IMG/VR virus record: IMGVR_UViG_3300005095_000008
Span: 23,031 to 87,030 of that record
DNA: 64,000 bases
Strand: one strand, 5' to 3'
DNA from: a virus
Below the pieces are notes generated by a model. The model ran no database searches, was not told where the DNA came from, and saw only the letters and a program-made list of their open reading frames with translations. A program made the position numbers and the translations under genes. Position 1 is the first letter of the stretch. Each line of letters opens with the position of its first letter. This document shows positions 38,501 through 46,223 of this stretch, one piece after another.

Positions 38501-38707
38501 ACCAGTTGCTTTAAATACTGACTTTAACCTCAATTCATTTAATGCATAGACCAACTCTTTCTCACCAAAGGCGGTGTAATCTCCACCTGCTTCGTCAATT
38601 ATCTGTTTTAAATTACCAACAACAATATTTACCTCATCGGCATATAGTTGTCCTTGATGAGAATCGTCATAATTATACTTCTCTTCAATGTCTTTTATAC
38701 TGGCCAT
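32585..38707 (-). CDS. Long tail fibre/spike protein 2 with C-terminal S74 chaperone
   Basis: 2040 aa; N-terminal ~150 aa paralogous to fibre 1 (MASI..IE.K..YD.SHQGQ.Y); internal ~372-aa duplication; NIAIG repeats; SDLRDKTDI...YGFGAQE. Confidence 0.88.
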   Translation of the reverse strand: MASIKDIEEKYNYDDSHQGQLYADEVNIVVGNLKQIIDEAGGDYTAFGEKELVYALNELRLKSVFKATGTNELTLENKYGKTNASYILNSSCIFKFQAEEDNTGEVEIKITGSALSKPLYKNGNSLEAGDIKAGMVYEIEHDKDNNCYNIISTYVDGIDTLGGVTADQYLRSDIDDKIYGKITQGDTDNRTAGLYGVYDSTKVSHIWSIGEAYYLNANGSDFGNLYGAAYYHSNNGTYGEMAGGHQFVWANNGTPTVSIGDSIWTANSLGIGTCNLFGALDNSKALILGDSGTGIRQNGTGVLEFFQDENIFLQANSNAIETPTPRTWRIGDIYNKLYLNLYKNEINFISPDTTIRMNLLDDGSAFNISQSDESGTDYKRLSWVKFDSTRGTDIWTYNGNEIATIDANLTFTVYDATISLKSQFTTAIGDVTLTNDALHRNQYLLFDYEANVDTNGYNFFIENIYNEAHYHNDAYSVTNVYNYPVLEEGNYNYIYGSMNITHLKNDSKVSDVIYCMRNDVYSFSSEQQNHTVCSYNRVLKSDTSVKDSGYIRATHNEIYITEADHDNGAADIVATYSKIYAGNNNNTFDSIIGTSSRIETNGEVTSNFNALFYGSYMENTILQNAWGIYIDSDTPNYFAGSVQIGTSSISSMDNSKALILGDSGTGIRQNGDGVLELFHDSNIFLQATGSNVNAKGHMWKFGQNDGSLYTIISNSNNIYLGTNDGIDVVEMELNNRDNCSGFIMRPSVNDSYKKTLEWVRDDSLRKTDIWIYNDNEIDTIRRDTAIGFSDEYRTFENKAVTITGDFTLTDDREHKVTYRFLNYEPIVDLNDKKLYAYNMYDNAYYNTSCYDVTNYMIYPKLNSGEYVYATSVRSVLYIKNDAKVTGAIYGTRNNVYLYSTSPQNNTIGVYNRVLKSDASVKDSGYIRAAYNEVYIVDSDHDNGAVDVAGTYSNIRTGSSENTFNTLYANYAKITSQDGVGSNRNALYYGIYDGPILPNSYGVYIDSNVPNYLRGSIYSGAEVGEYIMRYNGSDNSFSIRRVTNQGGLVYASDSIFMTHAGERIRTNVYLLDLATDLGFDTVEEITSEYNLVTADGNIVINPGLQADGAIAYRYEFTTDTMSIPKDIDFRNTSSRINTTGFFAMANNGIDRLIFDSTNNVYMYNDTTLTIGMEDDKRTTIRRNEITLKGASNNDLRIYLNLYDVDPIFEITPKDNSTSFSSLKWRNDGDNGDYWTINDKRILLEGDVVGSDSSVTDSGTLDYEFASDSSTAQSIIFNCDNGTVDISEDTIHNITYNFNSYSPDTTLNSNTLTVNAYKKYTKFATDLTAANTILNETVLEAMSCENVFGINNKLTIESDAQVYTETVATYSKIDLLTSSYDDGVFIGSKSEVIKSVNPSLSGKLWGAYNVVRVQDIADTGRNDAESIVGTVSSLDVQNPENIYTEAYGHSSRINITYDDANNIYALYEGRYETNTPSIAYNLYLPSTAFSYLGGPLTISYDARKENSYETMLSLSASSNASVITSLIGTQFTTTCLDFNEITNFYGSKVSLNKDPRSKHSGVLIGNDVLIDIDYFSKSDDDDNAYDNGADTISGFRSKIQIDSEYATSDILAGYMSTINIDSDSGDFGTAAMFYGNSTYSSNTSKIYGIYIDGNFPSYFGGEIIANNGIGTDTSTFSITLNDSYDSELILSSRRLKYMAGSIEPIIDVSYYDSFIGLNAGLNANILSYAIAIGYHALSYTGTSDAIQQFNTAVGAYAMGMMAPGVDGNDSSKNIAIGDYAFYSPTPEPTDSDNNRYVDAHYNNIAIGSNALKTPYFSQHNIAIGTNTMSKNSYYKDSVVIGHWSANTCLDLVECVFIGNDVGPEEEVTVTNSIAIGYQAGDGQGDFDILDDNQIIMGNANITSALCKVQWDTPSDLRDKTDIETLPSSLEFVKELRPISYVYDDRFRYEDRKPDGTKKDTIKHYGFGAQEVLEKELEYFGENVIVKDKNKERLIITETAMIPVLTKALQELDEKVEQQQKTISELLSVINDLTSRIEELENN
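36696..37867. repeat. Exact 56-bp direct repeat (36696-36751 and 37812-37867) inside fibre 2
   Basis: ccattttgtctaatgcctgtaccagagtctcctaagatcaatgctttactattatc twice, 1116 bp apart. Confidence 0.9.
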
Positions 38708-38761
38708 GACCGTATCCTTTTTACTGTAAGTTATAGTCTATAGACTAATTCAATAAAACAA

Positions 38762-38794
38762 CTCACTACCAATCCAAAACGGATTGGTAGTGAG
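38762..38794 (-). terminator. Hairpin with 14-bp arms
   Basis: ctcactaccaatcc-aaaac-ggattggtagtgag, then TTGTTTT on the minus strand. Confidence 0.75.
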
Positions 38795-38805
38795 GACATT
38801 TTGTC

Positions 38806-39759
38806 TTAATTTAATTCTGTAGGCAACGTTACTGGTAGTTCCGAACCACCATCTTTTTGTTTTATAAATAACCAATATATCCATTCTTCATTATTGGTTG
38901 CTAATTTTGATTTTGCGCGTACTGTAACAAATCCACGTGCATCATACTCTGGATTTGTTATTTCGTATACATCACTATCTTCAATCGTTTCTACAACGAC
39001 ATCGTCTCGAATAATTTCAATAATAGAACCTGTGGCGTTACTAGCCTTCTCTATCTCAATTCGTATCTTATCTTCTGTGTTATACGTTCCATTTGCAGTA
39101 CTTGTATCTGTACTATCTGGATAATATTTTGGCACGTATTTTGTAAGTTTAGAACGTGGAGTGTAAATAAATGCGCTAGACGCAACACTAGCATCGCCAT
39201 TCCACATATGATATTGTGCTGTGATTTTATAAATACTATTTTCGTCTAAAATAATATCTACATACAGGTATGATAAATTATCTTCATCGTTTGGTCTAAA
39301 TAAAACCACATTCTCATCAAGGTCTTGTATAAGCCAACTCACACTCTTTATTTTCTCTTCAGAGTTCTGGAATACTTCTTTTAGTCTCACGTAGAAGTTT
39401 GTAAATGGAACTTCGTTATTTTCGTATGGCTCATCGAAGTAAAACTGCGGTGGCATGATACGTCTAGGTTCTTTTGTATTAAACCAGTCATCGTTTGCTT
39501 CGTCTGTATGCGCGATTGGTACATTAGACCAATTGCTTAAACCAGCAATATCTGAAATCGTTCTTGCTCTAGCGATATACTCTTGCCCAAGTTCCATTTG
39601 CTTATCAACGAGTAGGATGTAGAGATGCTCTGTATCTTCTCCTGTGTCAACGAATGGGTTTTCAAAGTTTGGATCGTCTGCTGTTGTCACCTGCCACTCT
39701 GTTGAGAGGTGTGTGTCATCAGGACTCAATTCAAACGGATTGAGTTTTAGAATTATCAT
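38806..39759 (-). CDS. Putative virion protein with Ig/Fn3-like beta domains
   Basis: HLSTEWQV...YIARAR...LSNWS pattern typical of phage Fn3-like domains; start at MIILKL (GGAG RBS). Confidence 0.6.
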   Translation of the reverse strand: MIILKLNPFELSPDDTHLSTEWQVTTADDPNFENPFVDTGEDTEHLYILLVDKQMELGQEYIARARTISDIAGLSNWSNVPIAHTDEANDDWFNTKEPRRIMPPQFYFDEPYENNEVPFTNFYVRLKEVFQNSEEKIKSVSWLIQDLDENVVLFRPNDEDNLSYLYVDIILDENSIYKITAQYHMWNGDASVASSAFIYTPRSKLTKYVPKYYPDSTDTSTANGTYNTEDKIRIEIEKASNATGSIIEIIRDDVVVETIEDSDVYEITNPEYDARGFVTVRAKSKLATNNEEWIYWLFIKQKDGGSELPVTLPTELN

Positions 39760-39777
39760 AGCGTCTCCGATCTTCAA

Positions 39778-40649
39778 GTTTGATTTTGACTAAGTTATCA
39801 AACAAAGGAATTTTTGAAGAATTTTATTTCTCACACAAAAGAACTCTTGGCAAATTTATTCTCTAGGTCATCAGACCATCCTCATCAAACAATTTTCAAA
39901 ATTCTCTTACTATAAATCGCGCGGTCACGCGTGTGCGTGTGCGCGGTTCAAAGATAATATTTAATAATAAATTATTAAATATATTATATAAATATATCAA
40001 AGATATTAATTATCTAAATTAATAAATTAATTTATCTAATTAAATAACAACTAAAGAATAATATATATACTTAAAGAAAAAGAAAAAGACTCTATGTATA
40101 TATATATTAACGTAGTTAATATATATATACATAGAGTCCAAAAGAAAAAGAATTTTTTTAGAAAAAAAAATTCTAAAAATCTCTATTTAGTGATGAGTCA
40201 AAAGGATTTCTGAAAGAGAAATCCGTTGAAAATTTAGAGAAAATAAAAAATCTAAAGAATGTCTATTTAGTGAATCTCTCGAATTAGAAAAGATAAAATT
40301 GAGAAATGAAATTTCGAAAGTTTAGATTTGAGAATGAGAGAACAGAAGTCAAACTGAATTTAGAGTGTCGAATCGACACTCGATGATTTTGACTCTAGAT
40401 GTGAAAATAGTATTAAAATAGTAGAATTATAAATTGAGTATATAATTTAGTATATGTTTAAATTAACAGAATGGTATCTAGAATCCATTTTCATAGGCTT
40501 ACTAATATGAAGACATAGGTGAAGTACTTAAAACGATTTAAGGGTGATTTTTAAGAGTAGTGATTTAAAGTGAAATCGTTGACAGATATTTGTTTTTATT
40601 CGTTCAAAAGTTTCTTCTTTTGAATAAAAACAAATATAAAAAACAAGAG
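39778..40649. other. Large non-coding region, candidate replication origin or other cis-acting locus
   Basis: Longest intergenic gap in the window; CG/TG alternating tract 39926-39945, 44-nt pure A/T run 39954-39997, 24-bp-arm inverted repeat 40088-40138, further hairpins. Confidence 0.55.
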
Positions 40650-40680
40650 ATAGATACAGACCAAAATGGTCTGTATCTAT
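40650..40680 (-). terminator. Hairpin with 14-bp arms
   Basis: atagatacagacca-aaa-tggtctgtatctat abutting the stop at 40681, followed by CTCTTGTTTTTT on the minus strand. Confidence 0.78.
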
Positions 40681-41118
40681 TTAAACTTTTAAGTCTAATC
40701 TGTTAACTTGTTGCATAATGATTGTTTCTGATGTTCTAAAGATATCTGCTAAAACGAGAGAATCTAGTGTTTTTCTATCATAAACGACTTCTTTTAATTT
40801 ATCTCCTGGAATGAGAATATCGAGTGCTTTTCCTTTTAATTCAGAGATTTCTGTATTAAGTACGTCAAAATCTGAAGATGTGACTGTGAGTGGTTCAAAT
40901 ATAGTTACGGTGTCATCTGGAGGAGGTATTACTGTTAAGAGATGAGCCACTACGAAGGTTTGAAGGGTTTCTTCGAGATCTTCTTTAATCTTAAGTAGAT
41001 ACCCTCCGTCAGACTCTTCGATAGTACCATAGGTATCATCAGAGAAAGTGGTATAATCAAGTGTAGCGTTGTTGTCTGTGAGTAGTGTATCAAAATCGGT
41101 ACAGAAGTTACAAGCCAT
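40681..41118 (-). CDS. ImmA/IrrE (DUF955)-like protein lacking the HExxH motif, paralogue 1
   Basis: DDTYGTI..SDGGYLLKI, QTFVVAHLL (cf. RQRFTIAHELGH), ALDILIP (cf. AAELLMP), LADIFRTSE (cf. LA.IF.VS); N-terminal CNFC. Confidence 0.7.
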   Translation of the reverse strand: MACNFCTDFDTLLTDNNATLDYTTFSDDTYGTIEESDGGYLLKIKEDLEETLQTFVVAHLLTVIPPPDDTVTIFEPLTVTSSDFDVLNTEISELKGKALDILIPGDKLKEVVYDRKTLDSLVLADIFRTSETIIMQQVNRLDLKV

Positions 41119-41184
41119 ATGTAATCCTTTAATGTGTATTCAGTAGATAGAAGAAAAAGAAAACACAGAGGGAATGTACTCCCT

Positions 41185-41616
41185 CTATGATGGTTTAATG
41201 TCTATAATATCTAGATAAAATAATACCATATTCTCAGTGACTCTGAAGAGGTCTGCTAAGATTGCAATATCTTTGACATCTTTATCAAGCATAAGATATT
41301 TGAGTTTAACATCAGGCATGAGCGTAGACGCGACTTTGAGATTGAGTTCTTCTGTTTCTTCGTTGTTTAGCTTCAGTCTGTCTGCTGTATATACAAACAT
41401 CTCTATATCAGGATTGTCTAGCATATGATATAACACATGCAAGATAATAAACTTTTGAACTTCTTCTGATTTATTGGTGTTCACATTGATGATGAGTTCA
41501 TCATTGAGTATACGGTCAGCAGTAGCAATTGCGTTATCTGGTAACTCTACATATTCTACCGTAGCATTGTGTTCTTGTAGAATAGCAGCTACATCTGTGC
41601 AAAATTTACAGCTCAT
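41185..41616 (-). CDS. ImmA/IrrE (DUF955)-like protein with catalytic Glu replaced, paralogue 2
   Basis: IINVNTNKSEEVQKFIILHVLYH, VASTLMP, LADLFRVTE; N-terminal CKFC. Confidence 0.75.
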   Translation of the reverse strand: MSCKFCTDVAAILQEHNATVEYVELPDNAIATADRILNDELIINVNTNKSEEVQKFIILHVLYHMLDNPDIEMFVYTADRLKLNNEETEELNLKVASTLMPDVKLKYLMLDKDVKDIAILADLFRVTENMVLFYLDIIDIKPS

Positions 41617-41912
41617 GAATACTCCTCTAGTGTTTGTGTTTTGTCGTCTAGTATGAATAGACGAATATTGTTTTCAGAAGCTTGTTTGATAAACCATGCA
41701 GTATGGTAATTGTTGTACACGTTTTTAGAGACAACAATTGCATCTCCAACAATTAATCTGCATCTATCTTCAAATTCTGATGAAGATAGAATATAATCTT
41801 CATGTATGCCATACTCTAGACAGGCTTCTTCGATTGCGGGTGTGTCTGTGATACACCAGAGAATAGCTGTCTCTGATGCGTTATATTCTTCACATAGTTC
41901 TTCTAACAACAT
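41613..41912 (-). CDS. Acidic hypothetical protein
   Basis: 99 aa, overlaps both neighbours in an operon. Confidence 0.6.
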   Translation of the reverse strand: MLLEELCEEYNASETAILWCITDTPAIEEACLEYGIHEDYILSSSEFEDRCRLIVGDAIVVSKNVYNNYHTAWFIKQASENNIRLFILDDKTQTLEEYS

Positions 41913-42745
41913 TGGTTGCCCTTTACGTATCTTCCAGAGATATATGGATTTTGTTGCATACTGAGATTTGCTTGGTTAATTGCATTACCATAACGTGGGT
42001 CAACAGGTGCTCCATATTGGTAGTTAAAAGGCTGGTTTACATTTTGTAAACATTGTTGATGTTGTTGTGTATAGTATGGTTCAGTACTCATTGCAGTGAT
42101 GTTATTGATCGCTTTATAAACTAGCGCGAGTCTATCTACCAACTCTTTCTTTAATTCTGGATCTAACATAACATTTTCGAATCCATTAGGATTGAATCCG
42201 TTATTAGTTAAATACATAAAGTATTTATAGTTAGATCCAGTGAGTGTGGTTGTCTTAACAATTTCAGTACCGCCTTTTGTTTCGAATTCAACTACATTAT
42301 TCGACATGATACGGAATTCACTGGTTTCATTTCTTTTGCCAGAAATCTCTAGTATGAGTGAAGATACTGCTATGATATCCCCACAACCCATATTAGATGT
42401 ATATGAACCACTCTTAACATTGATGTTAAGATTCTTATTGTCAGTACAAGAGATAACATATGGAGCATATATATTATCCATTACCTCTTTAGCTGTTTCA
42501 GAGAATGGTTCGATTTTAACATTCTTAAATACTTTGTTTACTTCGTCATAATCAAAGTACTCTTGTGGGTTTGGCAATAAGATAGTATTTGATTTGTATG
42601 CATATACATCATCTTTTATAATTAAACTATGTGTTGATAGAAAATTATCTGGTAACTCAACGTACTTCTTATTTACATCAGTTTCATTATCTATACCGCA
42701 CTCTGCTACTAAACCTTTATTCTTTACGAAAAAGTATTTTTTCAT
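41903..42745 (-). CDS. Hypothetical protein with Q/N/Y-rich C-terminal tail
   Basis: 280 aa; first gene behind leader copy 3. Confidence 0.75.
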   Translation of the reverse strand: MKKYFFVKNKGLVAECGIDNETDVNKKYVELPDNFLSTHSLIIKDDVYAYKSNTILLPNPQEYFDYDEVNKVFKNVKIEPFSETAKEVMDNIYAPYVISCTDNKNLNINVKSGSYTSNMGCGDIIAVSSLILEISGKRNETSEFRIMSNNVVEFETKGGTEIVKTTTLTGSNYKYFMYLTNNGFNPNGFENVMLDPELKKELVDRLALVYKAINNITAMSTEPYYTQQHQQCLQNVNQPFNYQYGAPVDPRYGNAINQANLSMQQNPYISGRYVKGNQCC

Positions 42746-42820
42746 TGTTTGTCCTTTTTTCTTTTAAACTATTTAGATACATTTCTGTATCACCTCTAGA
42801 CTAGTAATATAATATGTATA
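42746..42820 (-). promoter_or_regulatory. Early-promoter-like motif plus conserved 5' leader (copy 3)
   Basis: Minus strand TACATATTATATTACTAGTCTAGAGGTGATACAGAAATGTATCTAAATAGTTT...AAAGGAC-ATG. Confidence 0.7.
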
Positions 42821-42862
42821 TAAAAATAAAACGATTTAGTGAAACTATATTAAAGGACGCCT

Positions 42863-43351
42863 ATGGACGAACTATTTGACTTTAAAGAAGATAGACAACC
42901 ACTCTCATTGTTTATCGACCAACATGTAAAGTATGGATACAATCTAACATCATTGACTGAAGAGGTATTGACAGAATGGAAAACGAATCTATTAAATGGC
43001 GCAGCATTACTCATTGGACAATTGGTATTCCTCAAGAGTACTGATGCAACGAATGTATTGGGAACAGTACCTGCATTGGTAACAGATGTAAGGCGATTTA
43101 ATACAACGAGTCTAGAGTATACGTTTACATTGTTGTTAGGAGACTTGAACGGTGAATTGGTAGCTGTAAAACTAACGAATGACCAATTGGTAGATACAGT
43201 AGATGTAGATAGTGATTTGGTAGCTGTGAAAGATGCGGTGATTAACACGAAGTTAGGTCAAGAGAATGATATTAGTCTAAAGAGTGTTTATGGCATTGAC
43301 CATATTCTAATTCTAGATAAACAAAATGAAATATTTAATTCACACAGATAG
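42863..43351 (+). CDS. Hypothetical protein
   Basis: 162 aa, AAAGGAC RBS, ends in the 43344-43369 palindrome. Confidence 0.7.
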   Translation: MDELFDFKEDRQPLSLFIDQHVKYGYNLTSLTEEVLTEWKTNLLNGAALLIGQLVFLKSTDATNVLGTVPALVTDVRRFNTTSLEYTFTLLLGDLNGELVAVKLTNDQLVDTVDVDSDLVAVKDAVINTKLGQENDISLKSVYGIDHILILDKQNEIFNSHR

Positions 43352-43369
43352 ACCATATGGTCTATCTGT
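43344..43369. terminator. Perfect 26-bp palindrome between convergent genes
   Basis: acagatagaccatatggtctatctgt. Confidence 0.75.
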
Positions 43370-43370
43370 A

Positions 43371-44669
43371 CTATTTGTTTATGATTACTTTATATTCTTT
43401 GTTTTCGATTACATGCTTGAGGTTTTCAAAGTATGCGACAACATCTTCATATCTACCATAATGTAGAATCTCTACTTCATAGTATCTACTAATATCAGTT
43501 TTGAAGACATCTTCTACGATTTTAAAATCGTCTGGATAGTACATCCCAACAGCATATATGTTTTCATATAGTCCTAAGTTCATATGCGCTATTTTATCTT
43601 TTAGCGTAATAGTATCTACTAGTTCTTGATAATCATCTCTAGTAAATGTATTGATAGCGTTCAGAATTGTTTCGTGTGCTAATGTCAATACCTTACCTCT
43701 AGTTTCTGGTCTACAGTTTACATAGAGTTCTGTATAGTCTTTCTGTTTTAATCTTGATTTACTAAGACTAACGCCATAACTATAACCATTCTCTTCACGA
43801 ATAGTATGGAAGAGTGATTTATCATGTGCTAACTTTTCTAAGTATTGATTTCCTATAAACCGCGCAGTGAAGCCTGAGTCTGTTGGGTAGAGTACCGACA
43901 ATAGTTCTTGGTCGATATCTACAGGAATTTCAATATCGTTAGATGTAAGTGTTGGTTCTAGTGGTGGTAGTATTCTATTATCTACATCAAACTTATTCGC
44001 ATAGTCTAATGCATCGATAGCGCTCTTTACTTTAGAGACCAAGAAGTCTGGTTTATTTACTTCAGGATCATATACGATAGCCACTGCACGTTTAGAGGTA
44101 TCGGCACACATTAATTTCTTAATTGCACGTACATCGTTTAACGTAATCTCTTTCAGTGTTTCAGGTGTGCCGATAATATTATCATCCATATCACTACACA
44201 TAAACTGTCCTCTATGCGTGAGTTTAAACCATAGTTCTTTATTGTCGATGTATTGTTGTACTTCAGAGATAACCGTTTTCTTTTCGTTCTCAAACTCTTC
44301 TTCAGTCACAAGTGATAAGTCATTGAGTGCAATATCAATTACAATATCAATCGCTTTATCGGTATGTTCACTCGTAGTCTTATACCAATAGTTTATGTAA
44401 TCATAATACGTACCTGCATTATGTTGGCCATATTTACGTAACATCTTCTGTAGTTCATCTGTATCGAACTGCGCAGTACTCTTAAAACTCATATGTTCAA
44501 TAAGGTGTGAAATACCAAACAACTTCTTGCCAATGAGGTTACTGTAGTATTTCTCATAATCAGAACCTGCTCTATTGTAGAACGTTAGTTTAAAGATATC
44601 TGTACCTGGCAATGCAATCATATGGTACTTAATACCGCCTACCTCTTTTACTTCATATGTCTTATTCAA
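43371..44669 (-). CDS. M16 (insulinase/pitrilysin) family zinc peptidase
   Basis: GISHLIEHMSFK (HxxEH), NAGT, EKKTVISE, IIGTPETL, LFHTIREENGYSYGV; TTG start with AAAGGAG. Confidence 0.9.
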   Translation of the reverse strand: MNKTYEVKEVGGIKYHMIALPGTDIFKLTFYNRAGSDYEKYYSNLIGKKLFGISHLIEHMSFKSTAQFDTDELQKMLRKYGQHNAGTYYDYINYWYKTTSEHTDKAIDIVIDIALNDLSLVTEEEFENEKKTVISEVQQYIDNKELWFKLTHRGQFMCSDMDDNIIGTPETLKEITLNDVRAIKKLMCADTSKRAVAIVYDPEVNKPDFLVSKVKSAIDALDYANKFDVDNRILPPLEPTLTSNDIEIPVDIDQELLSVLYPTDSGFTARFIGNQYLEKLAHDKSLFHTIREENGYSYGVSLSKSRLKQKDYTELYVNCRPETRGKVLTLAHETILNAINTFTRDDYQELVDTITLKDKIAHMNLGLYENIYAVGMYYPDDFKIVEDVFKTDISRYYEVEILHYGRYEDVVAYFENLKHVIENKEYKVIINK

Positions 44670-44711
44670 TTTATCTCCTTTAAAAATAAATGTATCCTAG
44701 ATAGACAGAAT

Positions 44712-46223
44712 CTATCTAGGCATATACATCTCTTGATGTAACTTCTCTACTCTGTCGCTGAATAATTGTACTCTATCTCTATGGTACCGTACGTGTTGAT
44801 CTATTTGTGCACAGTAGAAATACACAAATCTTACTTCTCTATTCTCTAGCTTTCTAAGTCTGCCTAACATCTGTAGATTCAGTTGTGTAGAGTTAGTAGC
44901 AATACCGCTCAAGACAGTAATCAATCCTGGAATGTCTAGTGCAGTACCAGATGAACCAGGTGTGCTCACAATGATATCACCCTTCATCATCTGGTCATAA
45001 CTATCTCCAGTAACATACCGTCTAATCTTTAACTTCTTATACTGATGATTCAATACATTCACCATCATATTACACATATCAATAGACCCAAAGAACAGTA
45101 TACATTTATCACCCTTCTGTCTACGTTTTACATAGTGTTCTTCTACATACTGTAAAAACATCTTCTTAAAGAGTTTCTTAATGTGTTTCTGTTTTAGGAT
45201 AGATTGTTCGAATCTCGTCTGTGAGTATCCATATCCACCTTGCATATATTTGAATTGTCTATTCAATGGTAAGTTATATCTAACAGCATATACGTGTTGG
45301 TACTTATCTAATGCAAGGAAAGAGAGTCTCGTCTCTTTAGGATAGAGTAACTCATAGAGTCTATTGATTTTCTTATCTTTGTGTTGTAGCGTAGCACTCA
45401 AACCTATCAATAGTGTAGGGTCTAGTGCAATGGTAGTCTTATACCCAGAATGGAACTCTTGGTGTGCTTCATCGATGACTAGAATAGAGACATTCAAATG
45501 GTCTAACAAATCATTCGGCATTACAGGAAACTTAAAGTGTTCCTTAAATTGTAACGTCTCATACTCTTTGATATAGAAGTACATCGTCCTGTTACTAAAG
45601 ATAATGAATTTCGGTAATTCATCTTGACTCATATTCATGAGTTCCATTAATGTATCACCACCTCTTACAATAAAGATATCACTCTTTTTCAGTTTGAAAT
45701 AAGCGTGTAACTCTTTCGTCCACTTCTCAATGTATTTCGGTAGAATTAAGAAAGCAGTCCTGTATCCAATGTCTGCAATAGTCTTGCACGCAATGACACC
45801 TTTCCCTTTACCAGTCTGTAAGTCTACTAGAAAGGTATGGTTCTTTTTAAGGGAAGCAGTCATCGTACGCACATACTTCTTTTGGTAGTCTCTCAAGTCA
45901 TACTTAAATATGAACTCAAAATCAACCCTAAATCGTTTTGGTTTATCTTTGTAAATCGTGTTCACATCTGAAGAGTTGAAACCGTGTTGCCGCAACTCTA
46001 TTGCAAAGTTTCTCAATGCAGTGATGGGGTAGTAATACTCTTTGAAAATCTCATTCGTCACTAAGTATATCTTGTCTTTTACGACGACTACTCTGTTTCT
46101 AATAAAGTCTTTTCTATATGTTTGGTATTGTTTATTAAACGATTCGATTACAGGTAATAGTTTTTGAGTTAATAGTGTAATCTTAAACGAGTGCCTACCT
46201 ATTTCTATTTCTAAATGTTTCAT
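44712..46223 (-). CDS. SF2 (UvsW/Rad25-like) helicase, phiKZ gp75-like
   Basis: LRDYQ, LQTGKGKG, IDEAH, GLSAT, GTALDIP, QMLGRLR; start at MKHLEI. Confidence 0.9.
   Translation of the reverse strand: MKHLEIEIGRHSFKITLLTQKLLPVIESFNKQYQTYRKDFIRNRVVVVKDKIYLVTNEIFKEYYYPITALRNFAIELRQHGFNSSDVNTIYKDKPKRFRVDFEFIFKYDLRDYQKKYVRTMTASLKKNHTFLVDLQTGKGKGVIACKTIADIGYRTAFLILPKYIEKWTKELHAYFKLKKSDIFIVRGGDTLMELMNMSQDELPKFIIFSNRTMYFYIKEYETLQFKEHFKFPVMPNDLLDHLNVSILVIDEAHQEFHSGYKTTIALDPTLLIGLSATLQHKDKKINRLYELLYPKETRLSFLALDKYQHVYAVRYNLPLNRQFKYMQGGYGYSQTRFEQSILKQKHIKKLFKKMFLQYVEEHYVKRRQKGDKCILFFGSIDMCNMMVNVLNHQYKKLKIRRYVTGDSYDQMMKGDIIVSTPGSSGTALDIPGLITVLSGIATNSTQLNLQMLGRLRKLENREVRFVYFYCAQIDQHVRYHRDRVQLFSDRVEKLHQEMYMPR

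Noticed and set aside
40088-40138. 51-bp inverted repeat as a protelomerase (telRL) site
   Set aside because: Has a 3-nt asymmetric centre, no protelomerase gene is visible, and phiKZ-like genomes are circularly permuted; kept only as part of the origin-like locus
39778-40649. tRNA genes or hidden ORFs in the non-coding gap
   Set aside because: No cloverleaf with T-loop and acceptor stem recognised; no ORF of 60 aa or more and no convincing RBS-start pair
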